64,000 bases of DNA from positions 806,001 to 870,000 of the forward strand of contig CP145421.1 in assembly GCA_036867785.1 (NCBI GenBank), read 5' to 3'. The notes under the pieces are model-generated. The model did not search any database. It had not been told where the DNA came from and was given only the letters and a program-made list of their open reading frames with translations. The stretch's first letter is position 1. Every line of letters starts with the position of its first letter. A program made the translations under genes and the position numbers. This DNA is from Plasmodiophora brassicae (lineage: Eukaryota). This document shows, in pieces, positions 1 through 11,894 of this stretch.

Positions 1-1
1 C

Positions 2-133
2 GCCAAGAACGGGCCGGAAACGCCGGCCGTGCCGCCGTTGCTGCCCATGTGGAGATCGGCGTTCGACGCCGACGGCAAGCAATACTATTTCCATATCGAG
101 ACCAGGGAAACCACCTGGACGCGACCGTGCTGA
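2..133 (+). CDS. 3' end of a WW-domain protein (partial, runs off the window start)
   Basis: Frame from nt 2 reads AKNGPETPAVPPLLPMWRSAFDADGKQYYFHIETRETTWTRPC*, which matches the WW consensus (LPxxW...GxxYY...TxW.RP). Confidence 0.8.
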   Translation, partial: AKNGPETPAVPPLLPMWRSAFDADGKQYYFHIETRETTWTRPC

Positions 134-296
134 AATACATCAACACGACCCGCGGTGCGACAATGTAGCTTCGGAGTTCTGTCTCCACTGCCTCTGCTGT
201 ACCTACAGTAGTATTGCATATTCTGCATCCCCACCTGCTTGCGCAATACGTGTCGTGCTTCGCTATTCTGGGCGCGGCGCGTGTGAGACCAGTCGG

Positions 297-1418
297 ATGT
301 CGGATGTGGATGACGGCAACGGGCGGAAGCGGTGTCGCGGCGCGGCGGCGTCCTCGTTGGCCAAGCGACGATCGCTGCTGCGGATCAGCGTGCCGTCGTT
401 CAGTGCCGTAGACAACGACGATGGGGACGGGACGGGCGCTGCTGCCGTCAGCGCGGTGCACCCGACTGCGCTGTACGACATTGTTAGGGAGCTCTGCAAC
501 ACAGAGCAAGGCAAGATCCTGTTGGCGAAACGGCGCTCGCTTGGGGACTTGCTCGTGCTCAAAGTTGTAAAATCGCATTTAGGTAGCGGCATCATGGCGG
601 CACAACGGATTCTATCTGATCTTGTTGATGTAGCACGGAAACGACGATCGATTGCGGGGGATGAGCTTCCCGATGACGTTCTGAGTGAGATCGAGGTGAT
701 GCAGATGTTGCATCCGCCGGGCCATGAATCTGTGATCAAGTTCGTCGAGGTCCTGCATTCGGCGAATCACATTTGGATCGTGATGGAGTATGCACCTGGT
801 GGCGATCTCGTCGGTCTCATGGGTGCCCCGCTGTGCCGACAGCGTTTGAGACGGTACGCCCGACAATTGCTCGACGCCGTTATGTTCGTCCATTCGCGAG
901 GGGTCGCGCATTTAGACATCAGCCTCGAGAATGTCTTCATCGGTGCGGACGACGTGATCAAACTGGGTGACTTCGGGGTGGCGCGACGAGTGCGTCAGCA
1001 TTGTGGACGCGTGGGGAAACTGGCGACGATGGCGCCGGAAGCGTTTGCGGGTGACGAGACGTTCGACACTTTCCAGGCCGATATGTGGTCCGTTGGCGTC
1101 CTGCTATTTTCTTTGGCCTTCGGCAGACCTCCGTTCTCCGAACCAAGCCAGGCGGATCGTGGATTTGCAGACGTTATTGAGAACGGATTCGAGGGCATCG
1201 CGCGGGTCGCTGGTGTCGAGTTGGACCAGGACAGGCCGCTACTCGAGTTTCTTGGCTCGCTGTTGACAAACGCCGGGTCGAGATTATCAGCTCAGTCTGC
1301 AAGGTCTCATTCCTGGTTCACTGTGCAAGATGGTGACGACAAGAAGGATGCTGATGACAGTATAGTTGGCAGCGACTCTCCCAATGGTGACGGTGGCGTC
1401 GAGCGAACCTCAGACTGA
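297..1418 (+). CDS. Ser/Thr protein kinase, CAMK-like, intronless
   Basis: Contains VLK, VMEYAPGGDL, HLDISLEN, DFG, APE and DMWSVG subdomain motifs. First ATG in the ORF is at 297. Confidence 0.9.
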   Translation: MSDVDDGNGRKRCRGAAASSLAKRRSLLRISVPSFSAVDNDDGDGTGAAAVSAVHPTALYDIVRELCNTEQGKILLAKRRSLGDLLVLKVVKSHLGSGIMAAQRILSDLVDVARKRRSIAGDELPDDVLSEIEVMQMLHPPGHESVIKFVEVLHSANHIWIVMEYAPGGDLVGLMGAPLCRQRLRRYARQLLDAVMFVHSRGVAHLDISLENVFIGADDVIKLGDFGVARRVRQHCGRVGKLATMAPEAFAGDETFDTFQADMWSVGVLLFSLAFGRPPFSEPSQADRGFADVIENGFEGIARVAGVELDQDRPLLEFLGSLLTNAGSRLSAQSARSHSWFTVQDGDDKKDADDSIVGSDSPNGDGGVERTSD

Positions 1419-1437
1419 CAGGAGTTTGCGAAGGATA

Positions 1438-3096
1438 CTATCTGTGTATGGAGCTAGGCGCTATGGACGACGGCGAATCAACTAGCTTGTGCTGCGACCG
1501 CAAGACAAACGCATGCGACAAAACGGCCGTCAGGTCTGCCTCCGTCCACGACGATGTCGGATCGTTCTGAAGCGTCGACAAGATATGCTCCATATCCATG
1601 TTCTGTTGGGATAGCAACAGTCAAACATTGCAAGGAATGTACACAACCTGGGACGCAAACAGGCCTTCAGATTTGGTGCGAACGTCAGCAGGAACGCAGC
1701 GCAGACGAAGACATGGAAGCCGGCAAACCCTTTCTCCTCAGAGAAGTACGTGTCCCACAAGCGCACGATCAGCGGCAGCGACAGTTCCCGCATGAGGAAC
1801 TGTAGGAACAGTTAGCCGTCGAGCAATAGTCAGCGTTTGAGGCAATCGTACGCAATTCATCCAGCGGTATGCAAAGAAACTGTACTGGACTTCTTGCGAT
1901 GCCAGGTGCTCATTAAGGCGCGCTGTGAAACCAGCTCGCTCAGCAGGTGAATATCGCCGTCCGAAGGTACGCATGCTTACGGTCGATGATACCCATGAGG
2001 TGCTCCAGTGACACTAACTTCCACTGGATCCCCGGCTGGTCTCTAGTATAATGGTCCTGGATGCCCTCCATGAGGCGGCTCAGGCACCAGAAGCTGTACG
2101 ATTCGACGCGCATCCATTGGGATTCGTCTAAATCCTCTGGCGCAATTAACAGGGGGTCCTATAGGTCATGATGAGTTTGTAGCTGTGACAGTTTACCAAT
2201 CGAAAACCCCATTACCTTGTCCGGACCGATTATGTCTGATATAAACACGTAAAAGAATGGCGTGACCAGATCGTTCATGCCTTGTACGTATCCGGTTGCA
2301 GGATGACGGATAGAATACACGCAGAGCACGTTCCTCAGCGACTAGCGGCAGTGACGTTATACGACGAGGCAGCGACCGAATGGCATGCTTACTTGCTGAA
2401 CAATAGGAAGGTGGAACAATTGGAGGCCTGGCGACGTACGAGGCAGATCCAAATCAATCTGAACCAACGATTTCGTTTGTTCGCCGGTGAACAAGTTTTC
2501 CCGAAACGCCTGGTTGAGGAAATCCCGATATTCCTCGATGCGTTTCCTCATCTGCTGCTCTCGTCTGGAGCGATTCGTTGGAATGATTCCCTAGCGGCCA
2601 CAGTCAGCGGCGTTTCTGGGATAGGGCCGGCTCTCGACGCAGGACAAACCATCAGCATTAACCATAAGGTGGCGCGGAACTTCTGCGGAATGCCTGTCCA
2701 GCACAACTCGCGCGCCAGGGCGATATTCGCGTCGTCATCGTCGAGCAGTTTCCGTAATCGTAACGATTTGCGGTCTTCCGGCGTGCTGTCAGGCACGACG
2801 GCCTCAGTCAGGTCAGCAGTTACCACGGCAACCGTCGTGTCGTCGTCATCCCGCCATCCATTATGGTCAGGTTTGTCTGTCGGCGTCGGCACCCGGACTG
2901 GTGATTTAGTTCGCCGCGCCTGCGCTGGTGCAGGCGCCGCGTCGGACGACGACTGCACTGTACGTGTCACCCCTCGCCCGTACGCAACCGACCACACCCG
3001 CTCCCCGACCTTCATCGACGTTGTACGAGGCCTGCGCTCAGTGGCGCGAATTGTCCCAGGCCTGAGGCGCCGCGAGCCACCTCGACTAGGCAGCAT
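1438..3096 (-). CDS. GYP1: TBC-domain Rab GTPase-activating protein (TBC1D22/Gyp1 family), multi-exon
   Basis: Exons give LCWTGIPQKFRATLW, QIDLDLPRTSP, YVQGMNDLVTPF, FAYRWMNC, MRELSLPLIVRLWDTY and HVFVCAAFL. Spliced stop TAG is at 1438-1440. Confidence 0.9.
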
Positions 3097-3387
3097 CTTC
3101 CCGAACGCTCTGCTCTACCCCAGTCGTGCACGGTTCACCACGTTCAAAACATCGGCAGGAACTTTCGCTCACTTTTTTGGACAGCGAAACGCATGACGCT
3201 AATACCGAATACGGTTTTGACTTTTGAGTCGAACGTTTGGGCGGTCCGGTCTATACCTAGTCGTGTATTCACAGTCGGCTCACTATGCAGACGCCTTGTA
3301 CAAGGAGTCTCCAAACATACGACTTCCTCTGGTTCTTACGGCGGATGCCTACCTATATATCGCACCGGACATCCTGGCTCTACATTG

Positions 3388-4194
3388 TCATTTGCGTTTC
3401 AATGTATTACGCTGGACAGATTCGCCAGCAGGGCGTTCCTGGGATTCGAGCGCGATAATTGCGTTCCAGTGATCCTGAACGACAGGCTGGACGGAGAGAC
3501 GACCCTTCTGAAGCAAGGCCATACCCTGCAGGTCCCCGTTTGCGTGCGTGTGGAGCTCACGCAGGCTGATGAACCGGGATAGGCGCCGGACGGCTTTGAC
3601 GTCGACCATGAACCAGCGGGGCGCGTCGGGCGTCGATTTCGGGTCGAAATGGCCACTTGCTCGATCCCAAGATGTGTGGTCGGGATACGACTCTCGTACA
3701 ACCTGCATACCCCCCGTATTCAGGCGTTATTATACGGCACCCGCAACGCGATCAACAGTCCACCTCGACGATGCCCACGATTCCCGGATCCGGACAGGAG
3801 CTGTGGTAGAAGAAGCCCAGATCGCCAACCCGCATCTGATCCCGCATGAGGTTCCTCGCCTATTCGGGTCGCACTTTCAGCACCCATAATCGCCGCGCCG
3901 ACACCGACGACGCCCGCAACCTGATAGTTTCGGACGCCGTCCCACGACGTCGTCTGGTCGGGCAGCTCCTCCAGGTCGCTGAACGAAAACTTCATGTCCT
4001 GCGAGGAGACGCACCGTTTCATTTCAGCCCAAGTCCAGGCCGAATACCGCCCCGTCACCGACGATCCCATGCTCGACGCGCGAGTTCGGTTCGGACTTGA
4101 ACAGCCAGTAGCTTCGGACTCGCGCCGTCCCCGCCGTCGCCATCACGGGACAGACCGCCGACCGGGCGCGCTTCACGCCGCGACCTGCGGCCAT
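3388..4194 (-). CDS. THYN1: EVE-domain protein (thymocyte nuclear protein 1-like), multi-exon
   Basis: Contains YWLFKSEP, WDGVRNYQARN, FFYHS, FDPKS...PRWFMVDV and RLSVQPV. The start could alternatively be the ATG at 4143. Confidence 0.9.
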
Positions 4195-4253
4195 GGCGCG
4201 CACCACTGGACGACGCACAACAATGGCGCGCAGCAGCGGCAGCAGGGCCACTT

Positions 4254-7200
4254 TTATTCGTGACGCGGCGGGTCGCAGAGCGCGCTGACGTGTTCGGCGA
4301 CGGTGCCGACGATATCGCCGACGGGGGCGTCTGACGGGATGGGCGTCCAGGGGGCGCCCAGGGCGATCGACGTGCGCCGCAGCAGCATGGAGAACGCTTC
4401 GCGAATCTGCGTCTGCCTGTGGAGCAGGAGGGCTTGTTCGCGGGCGACGCTCTCCAGCTGGGCGCTTGCGACGCGCCGTCGCTCCTGTAACTCCTCGATC
4501 GACGCCCATTTGAACGGGGCGTGCTGCTCCCGCGCCTGAACGAACGCCGCTTCTGCATGGGCCTGCCCGCGCGCTCGTTACTCGTCGGCAACGTCTGTGT
4601 ACGACGACTTCGTTACCTTTCGCTCCTGCAGCTGCTCGATCCTCGTTTGGCAGGCGCTGCCCTGCGCGATCAGGTCGTTCTCTACGTCGACCCGCATGAG
4701 GAACTTGTCGATGATGGCCTGCGCGTCGTCGACCCCGGCCGCTTCCGCGATCCTGTTGTACTCGGCCTGAAGCCTGGCCCGCTTCTCCGTTAGCAGGGTC
4801 GCGTCACGCCTCAGCGCGTCCAGCTCTGCACCGACATCATCAGCCACCACCGCCGCGCGTGACATCACCACCAGGACGCCGTACTCGTCTGCTTGCTCTT
4901 CTCGCTGACCCGTAGCTTGGACAGGAGGACCGACTGCGACCTCTGGGCGACGACCCGTTTCTCGCGCCGAGCCGACAGGCGCCTCTTGCGCTCCTCGTTG
5001 AGTTCGTCGCAGATCGACGAGAACATGCGCAGGTGGTTGTGGAAGAACCCGCGAAGGTCGGCCGTCTCCGCTGCGAACGTCCTCATGTCCCGCTGGGTCG
5101 GCCACGCCGGTGAGCGCGTCGTTCGTGTTGCTGCCCGCGTTGCTCTGTACGTACCAGGGCGCTGTCCGACGATGCCAGGTCGAGGTTGCGCTGGAATCGT
5201 CGGGCGCAGACGTCGTTGAGCGCCTGCAGGCGCCGCAAGTTGTACAGGCGTCGCTGAAGGTCGACCTTCTCCTCTCGCAGCTGCGCGATGCTGGCCCTGT
5301 ACCGCTTGCGACCCTCGATCGCCTCGGACGTCTTGATGACGACCGTGTCCAGCTGCATCCGCGTCTGATCCAGCCGCCTCTGCAGCGACCCGACTGCGCC
5401 AGGATCCCATTCAGCAACGTCACTGTGATTGCTCGCGATCGACACGCCACCGTCGTCGTGGTTGTCGTTCAGCAGCGTCTTCGTCAGGCGCCTCTCCTTC
5501 TTCAGCTGAGTGTACGTCCGCGTCAGGTCGCGTCGCGTGTTGACGGCCAGGTCGTAATCGCGGCGAAGGTCGAAGAACGCGGTCGACAGGCGGCCGTACT
5601 CGGCGGTGACCTCGCCCGTGCCCTGCCCGGACGCCTTGAACCCGTCGAGGAGCTGGCGCAGCGGCCCGCCTGCCTCCTACCGAGCCGCTCAGGGGGCGCT
5701 CATCTCGCTCTGCGATGTTGACAGACGGACGTACCCGATGGAACGCCATCCTGGCGGACGCGCCCTCGACCACCGTCGTCGTGGACGGCACCACCGCCAC
5801 CTGCATGTTCGCATGGCGACCGCTGAACTCCATCACGTCGCCGTCGTGGCCAACGTCGGTGCCGCCGCCCTTCCTCGCAGCGACCGAGCCCGATCGCCAC
5901 GCGCCCGCGTCTCTCAGCAGCGTCTGCAACAATGCGCTCGGCTCGCGTGCACTCTGCGGTCGATCGGGGGCCTGCGGCCGCTGACCAGGGACGGTGCTCA
6001 GGCGGGCGACGCTGAAACGCGGGCGCGCCCAGCACGTACGACGGGCGAACGGGACGGCCGGGCCGTTGCCGACCCGACGGCGGGCGGCGACACGATACGG
6101 CTGATGGCCTGCCATTTGGCGTGAAGGTCGCCGGGCGCGGCCGGCTGCCGCAGGAGTTTCTGGATCCTGGCGCGATCCAGCGAGGGCAGCGCGCCTGCCG
6201 GTCGGCGTTTGAGGATCGCCACGTCGAACGCGACGCTCGTGGCCTACCGGTTCGCAGGGCGCGTAACGTCTTCATCTTCAGGCGGCGCTCGTCGTTGTCG
6301 ACGCGCAGGAACTCGGCGACGTCGTCGGCCACCTTCTCGTACGCGATCGCTAATCGCTGTCGTGGGCCACATTGCTCGACGGGGGGAGGGAGGGCCTACC
6401 TGTAATGGCGGCCATGTGTCGGTCGCCACACGACACCTGCCCGACGACGCTGCCGAGGATCGCTTCCACGATCTTCGGCATGCCGACGTTCGCCTGCGCG
6501 TTGTGCCCCAGCAGGCCGTTCTCGCCGCATCCCCACGTCCACAGGATGCCCGACTCTGTGGGTTCGTGTCAGTGGGGCGGCGGCGCCGATCCAGCTGCGC
6601 CAGCGCCTACTGGACAGCGCCGCCGAGTGATCGCGACCGGCGGCCACGACGGCAATGTCCTTGCCTTCCATGATGACCTGCGGCACCAGCTTGGTCCTGC
6701 ACCGGCCAGGGTCAGCAGCGGCCGGGGAGGGCGTTTCAAGTGGACAGGCGGGTGCCTCACCCGGACTCGCCGTTGCCGATCTGGTCGAACGTCGCCGAGC
6801 CCCAGGACCAGACGTTGCCGGATGCTCCAGGGTCGTGTCACAGGCGGGGGGCGGCGCGCGTCGCGACCGGGACGTACCTGATAGGACGACGACGTGGCTG
6901 TGGCCGCAGGCGACGTCGACGAGGCATTCCTTGACAGGGACGTGCACGGGTTTGAACACGAAGTTCTGGCCGCGGCCCAGCAGCGATTCGGTGAACCCCC
7001 AGACGTGCAGGCGCCCCGCCCCTGCCGTCATCGTCGTCGTCAGCGACCCCATGGGGCATCCCGTGTCACTCCAGCACACCATCGATGCACGCCGTATGGA
7101 GCGATCCGCATTGCACCTTGCTGATCGCCTGCGTCGCCAGGCTGCCGACCACGACCGGGCGCAGCTCGTCGTTCGACGTCCCATGGCCTTCGATCGGACG

Positions 7201-8109
7201 CGCGTCAGGACGCGATACGCGGACGCAGGCAGGACCGCCCTGTACCGAGCTGGCCGTGTTCGCCCGACCCGAACGTGTAGACCCGACCCTTGCTGCTCAG
7301 CGCCGCCGTGTGCCGGTGCCCGCACGACACGCTGACGAAGGTCGCGTCGCACTCCACCAGCTTGGGCGTGCGAACCGCCCCACGGTCGCCTGCACACATT
7401 GTTATAAGCAACGCAGCGCTTCCACCAGCGTCGTCGTGCCTTGTCCGGTCTGGCCGTTCTTCGAGAGGCCCCATGCGTACAGCCGCCCTGTATCGGTGAC
7501 ACAAACCGTGTGGGCGTTTCCGCAAGCGACCTGTCGCCGTGGATAAGGCGGGGGTACGCGTGCGCCAAGAGCCGTACCCGACCTGGACAATGAAGACTTT
7601 CAGGTCGGCGAGCGTGGCGACGAGGCCCGGGACAGGTTGCATGTTGTGGCCCTCCTTCAGGAAGCCCAGCTGGCCGCACCGGCCGTCGCCCCAGGCGAAC
7701 ACGTGGCCGTTGTCGGTGCAGCAGGCCGTATGGGCGCCGCCGCAGGCCACCTGGCGGACCGGCGCCCCGATGTCCACCAGCTGGGGCACCAGCGCGTTCT
7801 TGGGCGCCCCGCGCTCCGTCTTCCTGCCCAGTTGCCCGTGCGACCCGGCGCCCCACACGTAGACGAACGTGCCGCGGCCGTCGTGAGAGTCGGACTCGCT
7901 GTTGCTAGGGCTGTTGTCGGCGGGGACGATCGTCAGGCACGAATGCGAGCGTAGAGGGCGACAGGGCGCAGGACGAACCCGGGGCGGAACTGGCGTCCGT
8001 CGACGATGGTGGCCAGGCTGTCGAAGATGTGCTCCCGATGGTGGATGCTGGGCGGAGGTGCCGCCAGGCCACGGGCGGCGGCCATCGCCATCTCGCCGGG
8101 CGCCTCCAT
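4254..8109 (-). CDS. RCC1-repeat beta-propeller protein with a long C-terminal coiled-coil region, multi-exon
   Basis: Several RCC1 repeats (VYVWGAGSHGQLG, VACGGAHT, VFAWGDGRCGQLG, VSCGHRHT, VACGHSH, VAAGRDHS, VSCGDRHM) splice into heptad-rich exons ending ...CDPPRHE* (TAA at 4254). The single-gene model depends on intron 6350-6399. Confidence 0.7.
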
Positions 8110-8243
8110 AGTGTGTGTGTCGCCCCCAGGGGTACCGCCCACCCGATCCACCCATGGACACCAGTACACTTGCCCGGTTGTGGTCACTGTGTATTATATA
8201 GTATGCCTGTTTAGATGGGGATGCCGGCGGGCGTGGGCCGGCC

Positions 8244-11200
8244 TCACTTGCTGTCTAGGGCGCGATACCCTGCCCATCCTTGCGGCGCCGTGTAACTATG
8301 CGACTCCATGAAGTGGCGCAGCGCCAGGCTGGGGCCATCGCCCGGTAGCAGCTTCAGGCAGGCGTCGATCTCGTCGCGGCACGCCGCCCAGTCTGCACGC
8401 GAGATCAGACCCCCGGCAGGCGGGCAGCAACCGGGTACCTACCCCCGGATTCGTACAGGGCGAACGCCTTCCGCCACGACGGGATCAACAGCTTGGGCAG
8501 GCCCCGCTGCAGGCCGGACACGTCCGAATCGGACCGGAACACGACGGACACGGCCGCCTCGGTCGTCGGCCGATGCGCCTGCGTCGGCGGCCGCGGCAAC
8601 GGCGAATGGTCCGTGATGTCGAACGTGTGCAGGCCGACCGGCTCCGACGCACCTGTCACCGACGTGGCGCACACGGTGAGCGCGGGGTGTGCAGACAACC
8701 CCGGACTGCGCGACAGGGGACCTTTGACGACGACGTTGTCGATCTTGCGGATCTTGAACTGCGCCGCCGTCGACAGCAGCTGGACGAACTGCTCGGACAG
8801 GAGGATCTGGACGCCGAACTGCTTCGTGGCGCTCTCCAGGCGCGCCGTCAGGTTGACGTTCGGCGACAGGTACGACGCGTCGATCTTGAACCGGCTGCCG
8901 ATGGCGCCCTCGATCGCCCAGCCGACGTGCAGGCCGAACCCCATCCGGATGCGGAAGCCGTCGCCGAACCGCGCCCGGATCGCCGGGTTGTCGCGGTACG
9001 CGGCCAGCTCGGCGCTCCTGCGGCGCCCCCGTCAGACGCGGGCAACGCGAGCAGGGACGCGCCGCCGACGACGGGCACGCACCTGTTGATGTCGGCCGTG
9101 ATCTTCAGGAACGCCATGAGCGCGTTGTCGGCCAGCTGCTCCCAGCCGAGCATGTTCAACGACTTCAGGTTGAACTCCAGGTGTTTCTGGGGCGGACGAC
9201 GTCAGATCGATGGGTAGGCCGGCCGCAGAGCGCGACGTACGTCCTCGCGGCTGCCGAGGTCGGGCAGCTTCCAGACGAGCAGGAACGCGTCGCCGATGCT
9301 AGCAAGGTGGGCGGGCGCGGGGTCAGTGCCACGAGGGTTCGCAACCCGCTGCACGACCCGTTACTTCTTGTTGCAATGCCCGCCGTAGAACTGGACGTGC
9401 TCGTGGACGATCTTGGCGATGTGGTTCGTGAACCGCATGACGTCCTGCTGCAGGCACTCGCAGATGTCCTAGGGCGCCAGGCGCATCAGGCCACGCGGGC
9501 ACACGACGACGACGCAGGCGCGCCGACCGTGAAGTTGCGAATGTCGCAGAAGCCGAAGATGGCGTGCACCTTCTGCCCGGGCATGACGGCGTCCAGCGCC
9601 GCCGTCGTCTTCAGGTTCTTCCGGATGACCTCGCGGCCGGCCTCGCCGAACCCCAGCGCCAGCAACTGGACGATCTTCGAGATCGACTGATCCAGTGCCC
9701 TGTGCTCCGGGTCGGCGTCATCGTCGCCGGTGGCGCTGGACGCGAACGTACCTGATCTCAATCTGCGATTTGGACTTGCCGTCGGCAGGGTTCGCTGCTG
9801 CTGCTGCTGCTGCGTCTGGAGGTGGGTGCTGCTCAGACGCCGACCTGGGCGCCGACGTTTCCGTTTGCGTCGACGACGTGGATGCCGTCGTGGCCGCCGC
9901 TCCGGCCGGCGACGGCGGCGGCGACGACGGTTTCATCAGAGACGTCTGGCGCCCCAGGCGCGTGCGTTGTTTCGACGGCGCCGCCTTCTGCTCCTCGACG
10001 GTGAACAGGGCCGGGTTCAGCGGGTCCTCGGCGATCTTCTTCACCCGGTTCACGAGGTGGTCGATCGGTTCGACGACCATCTGCGTGATGTCGCTCGTGA
10101 AGCTCGTCGACACCAGCGCCAGCGTGCAGATCACGAACAAGGTCTCGATCAGCGACGCCCGGTATTGCGTCTGCGACACACGACGGGGACGATCACGACT
10201 GGGCGGGGGCCGACCGAGTCCCGGGCGCCCGACCGAACCTGTTCCGACGACGTGATGTTGAACATGGCAACGGATCGCCCCGACGACGACGTGTGCATTT
10301 CGATCTCTGTGGATCGTAGCGTGGACGGGTCGACGTCTGTCGTTCAGGGTCAGCGGAACGCCGACCAAGCGGACGGGGGCGTCGCGTTGTGTGCCCTACA
10401 GAGCGACGGCGGCGTGAAGTCGATGCCGTTGACGCGGATGTAGATCAACGGGGCGTTGACCTTGGACGACGTCACGAAGCGGTCCGCAATGGCCTCGGTG
10501 ACGACGGCGCTGCTATTCGTCGAGCGGTACATCATCTCGAGCAGGTTCAGCTGCCCGTCGTTGTCGAACGTCGACACGGACGTCGTCCCGAACATGTAGA
10601 CGAACGGCAGGACGATGACCATGGACAGGACGACCACGATCGTCTTCTTGCTGATCATGGCGCTCAGGTCCAGCCCTAGTTGGGATTGCTGGAGGGAGGC
10701 GGGAGGCACACACGGTCAGCGACCCCGACGATAACGGCCCGTTTCGTTGCCGGGTGACCTGTGTGTCTTCGGCTGGTGTCGTCATGACCGTGGTGTTCTT
10801 TGACGTTACTGCTCATGGTCGTCAGTCAATGGGAGCAGACGGGAGACGCCCGTCTGACATACGCCGTTCGAAATGCGAGCGGAGGGTCATCAACGCGGTC
10901 CTGCTGCCTAGCCGTGCCGCCCGGGACGCTCGTATGGCGGACGAGATCTGGTACTGGTCCAACGTCGGAATCCAGATGAACGACACGGTGGCCGTCGATA
11001 TCAGGTCGACGAAGAACAGGAACGAGAACAGGAACTTGGGGTCGGCGCCGACCTGTAGGGCAATGTCCAGGAGGGCGAAGAACAGGACGACGCAGGTCAG
11101 GATCGTGAACCCGGTGTCGATCGTCCTGCAACGGTCGTGCGTCAGCGCGGATGGGGACGGAGACGGTGGTGGTGGTGGTGGTGGTGGTTGCGATGAAACG

Positions 11201-11657
11201 TACTTGGGGAAGAAGCTCAACCGGATGTCGTCGCCGAACAGGAGGAACACGTTGACGACCGTGTTGACCAGCTGCATGGCAATGGAATCGAGCACCTGCT
11301 TGTAGACGTTCTTCCGTTTGTGCGGCGACTCCTCGTCGAACTCGATCGGCGATTGCAGGACGGTGATGCCATCCTGTGGGACGCGTCAGCTGCGGTGGCG
11401 TTGCTCTCTCTCTCTCGCGCGCGCGCTGCACTGACCAGTTTCGTCTTGGGCCTGTCCTGGAACATGGTGGAGATACGACGCAGGAGATGCGCCTGGTTGG
11501 TACCGCTGCCAGCGCCGCTGGGCATCATTCCCCCGAACGACAGGCTGTTCTTCGAATGGTGCGACGACGGGGCGGGCGACGACGTCCCCGATGGCAACAC
11601 GCCCACCGGCGGCGCTGACGTCGGCATATCGGCGCCGTCCGTTGCCTTCGATGTCAT
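8244..11657 (-). CDS. Class III adenylyl cyclase with an N-terminal ion-channel-like (6TM, S4) domain, multi-exon
   Basis: Catalytic motifs are AIFGFCDIRNFT, NKNIGDAFLLVWK and GFGLHVGWAIEGAIGSRFKIDASYLSPNVNLTARLE. The C-terminus is DGPS...WAGYRALDSK*. The N-terminus has hydrophobic helices plus Arg-periodic RASRAARLGSR. Confidence 0.9.
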
Positions 11658-11894
11658 ACACTGTCTGGGGCCGTCGAAGGCGACACGACCGCCAAGGCCC
11701 TTCTTGGTCCAATGTCGATTAAGCGCTGCTATGCTGGTGCAGCGGGGGTACGCCCCCCGATCGATTGCACCGCATACACGCGACAAACTATCTCGGGTCG
11801 TACGCCAGGCGAAACCGCTCGCGACGACCGGGTGGCGCGCCAACGCGCGCCGGTGACGATGCCTCGAACATAGATACTTTAATACAGTCGATGG

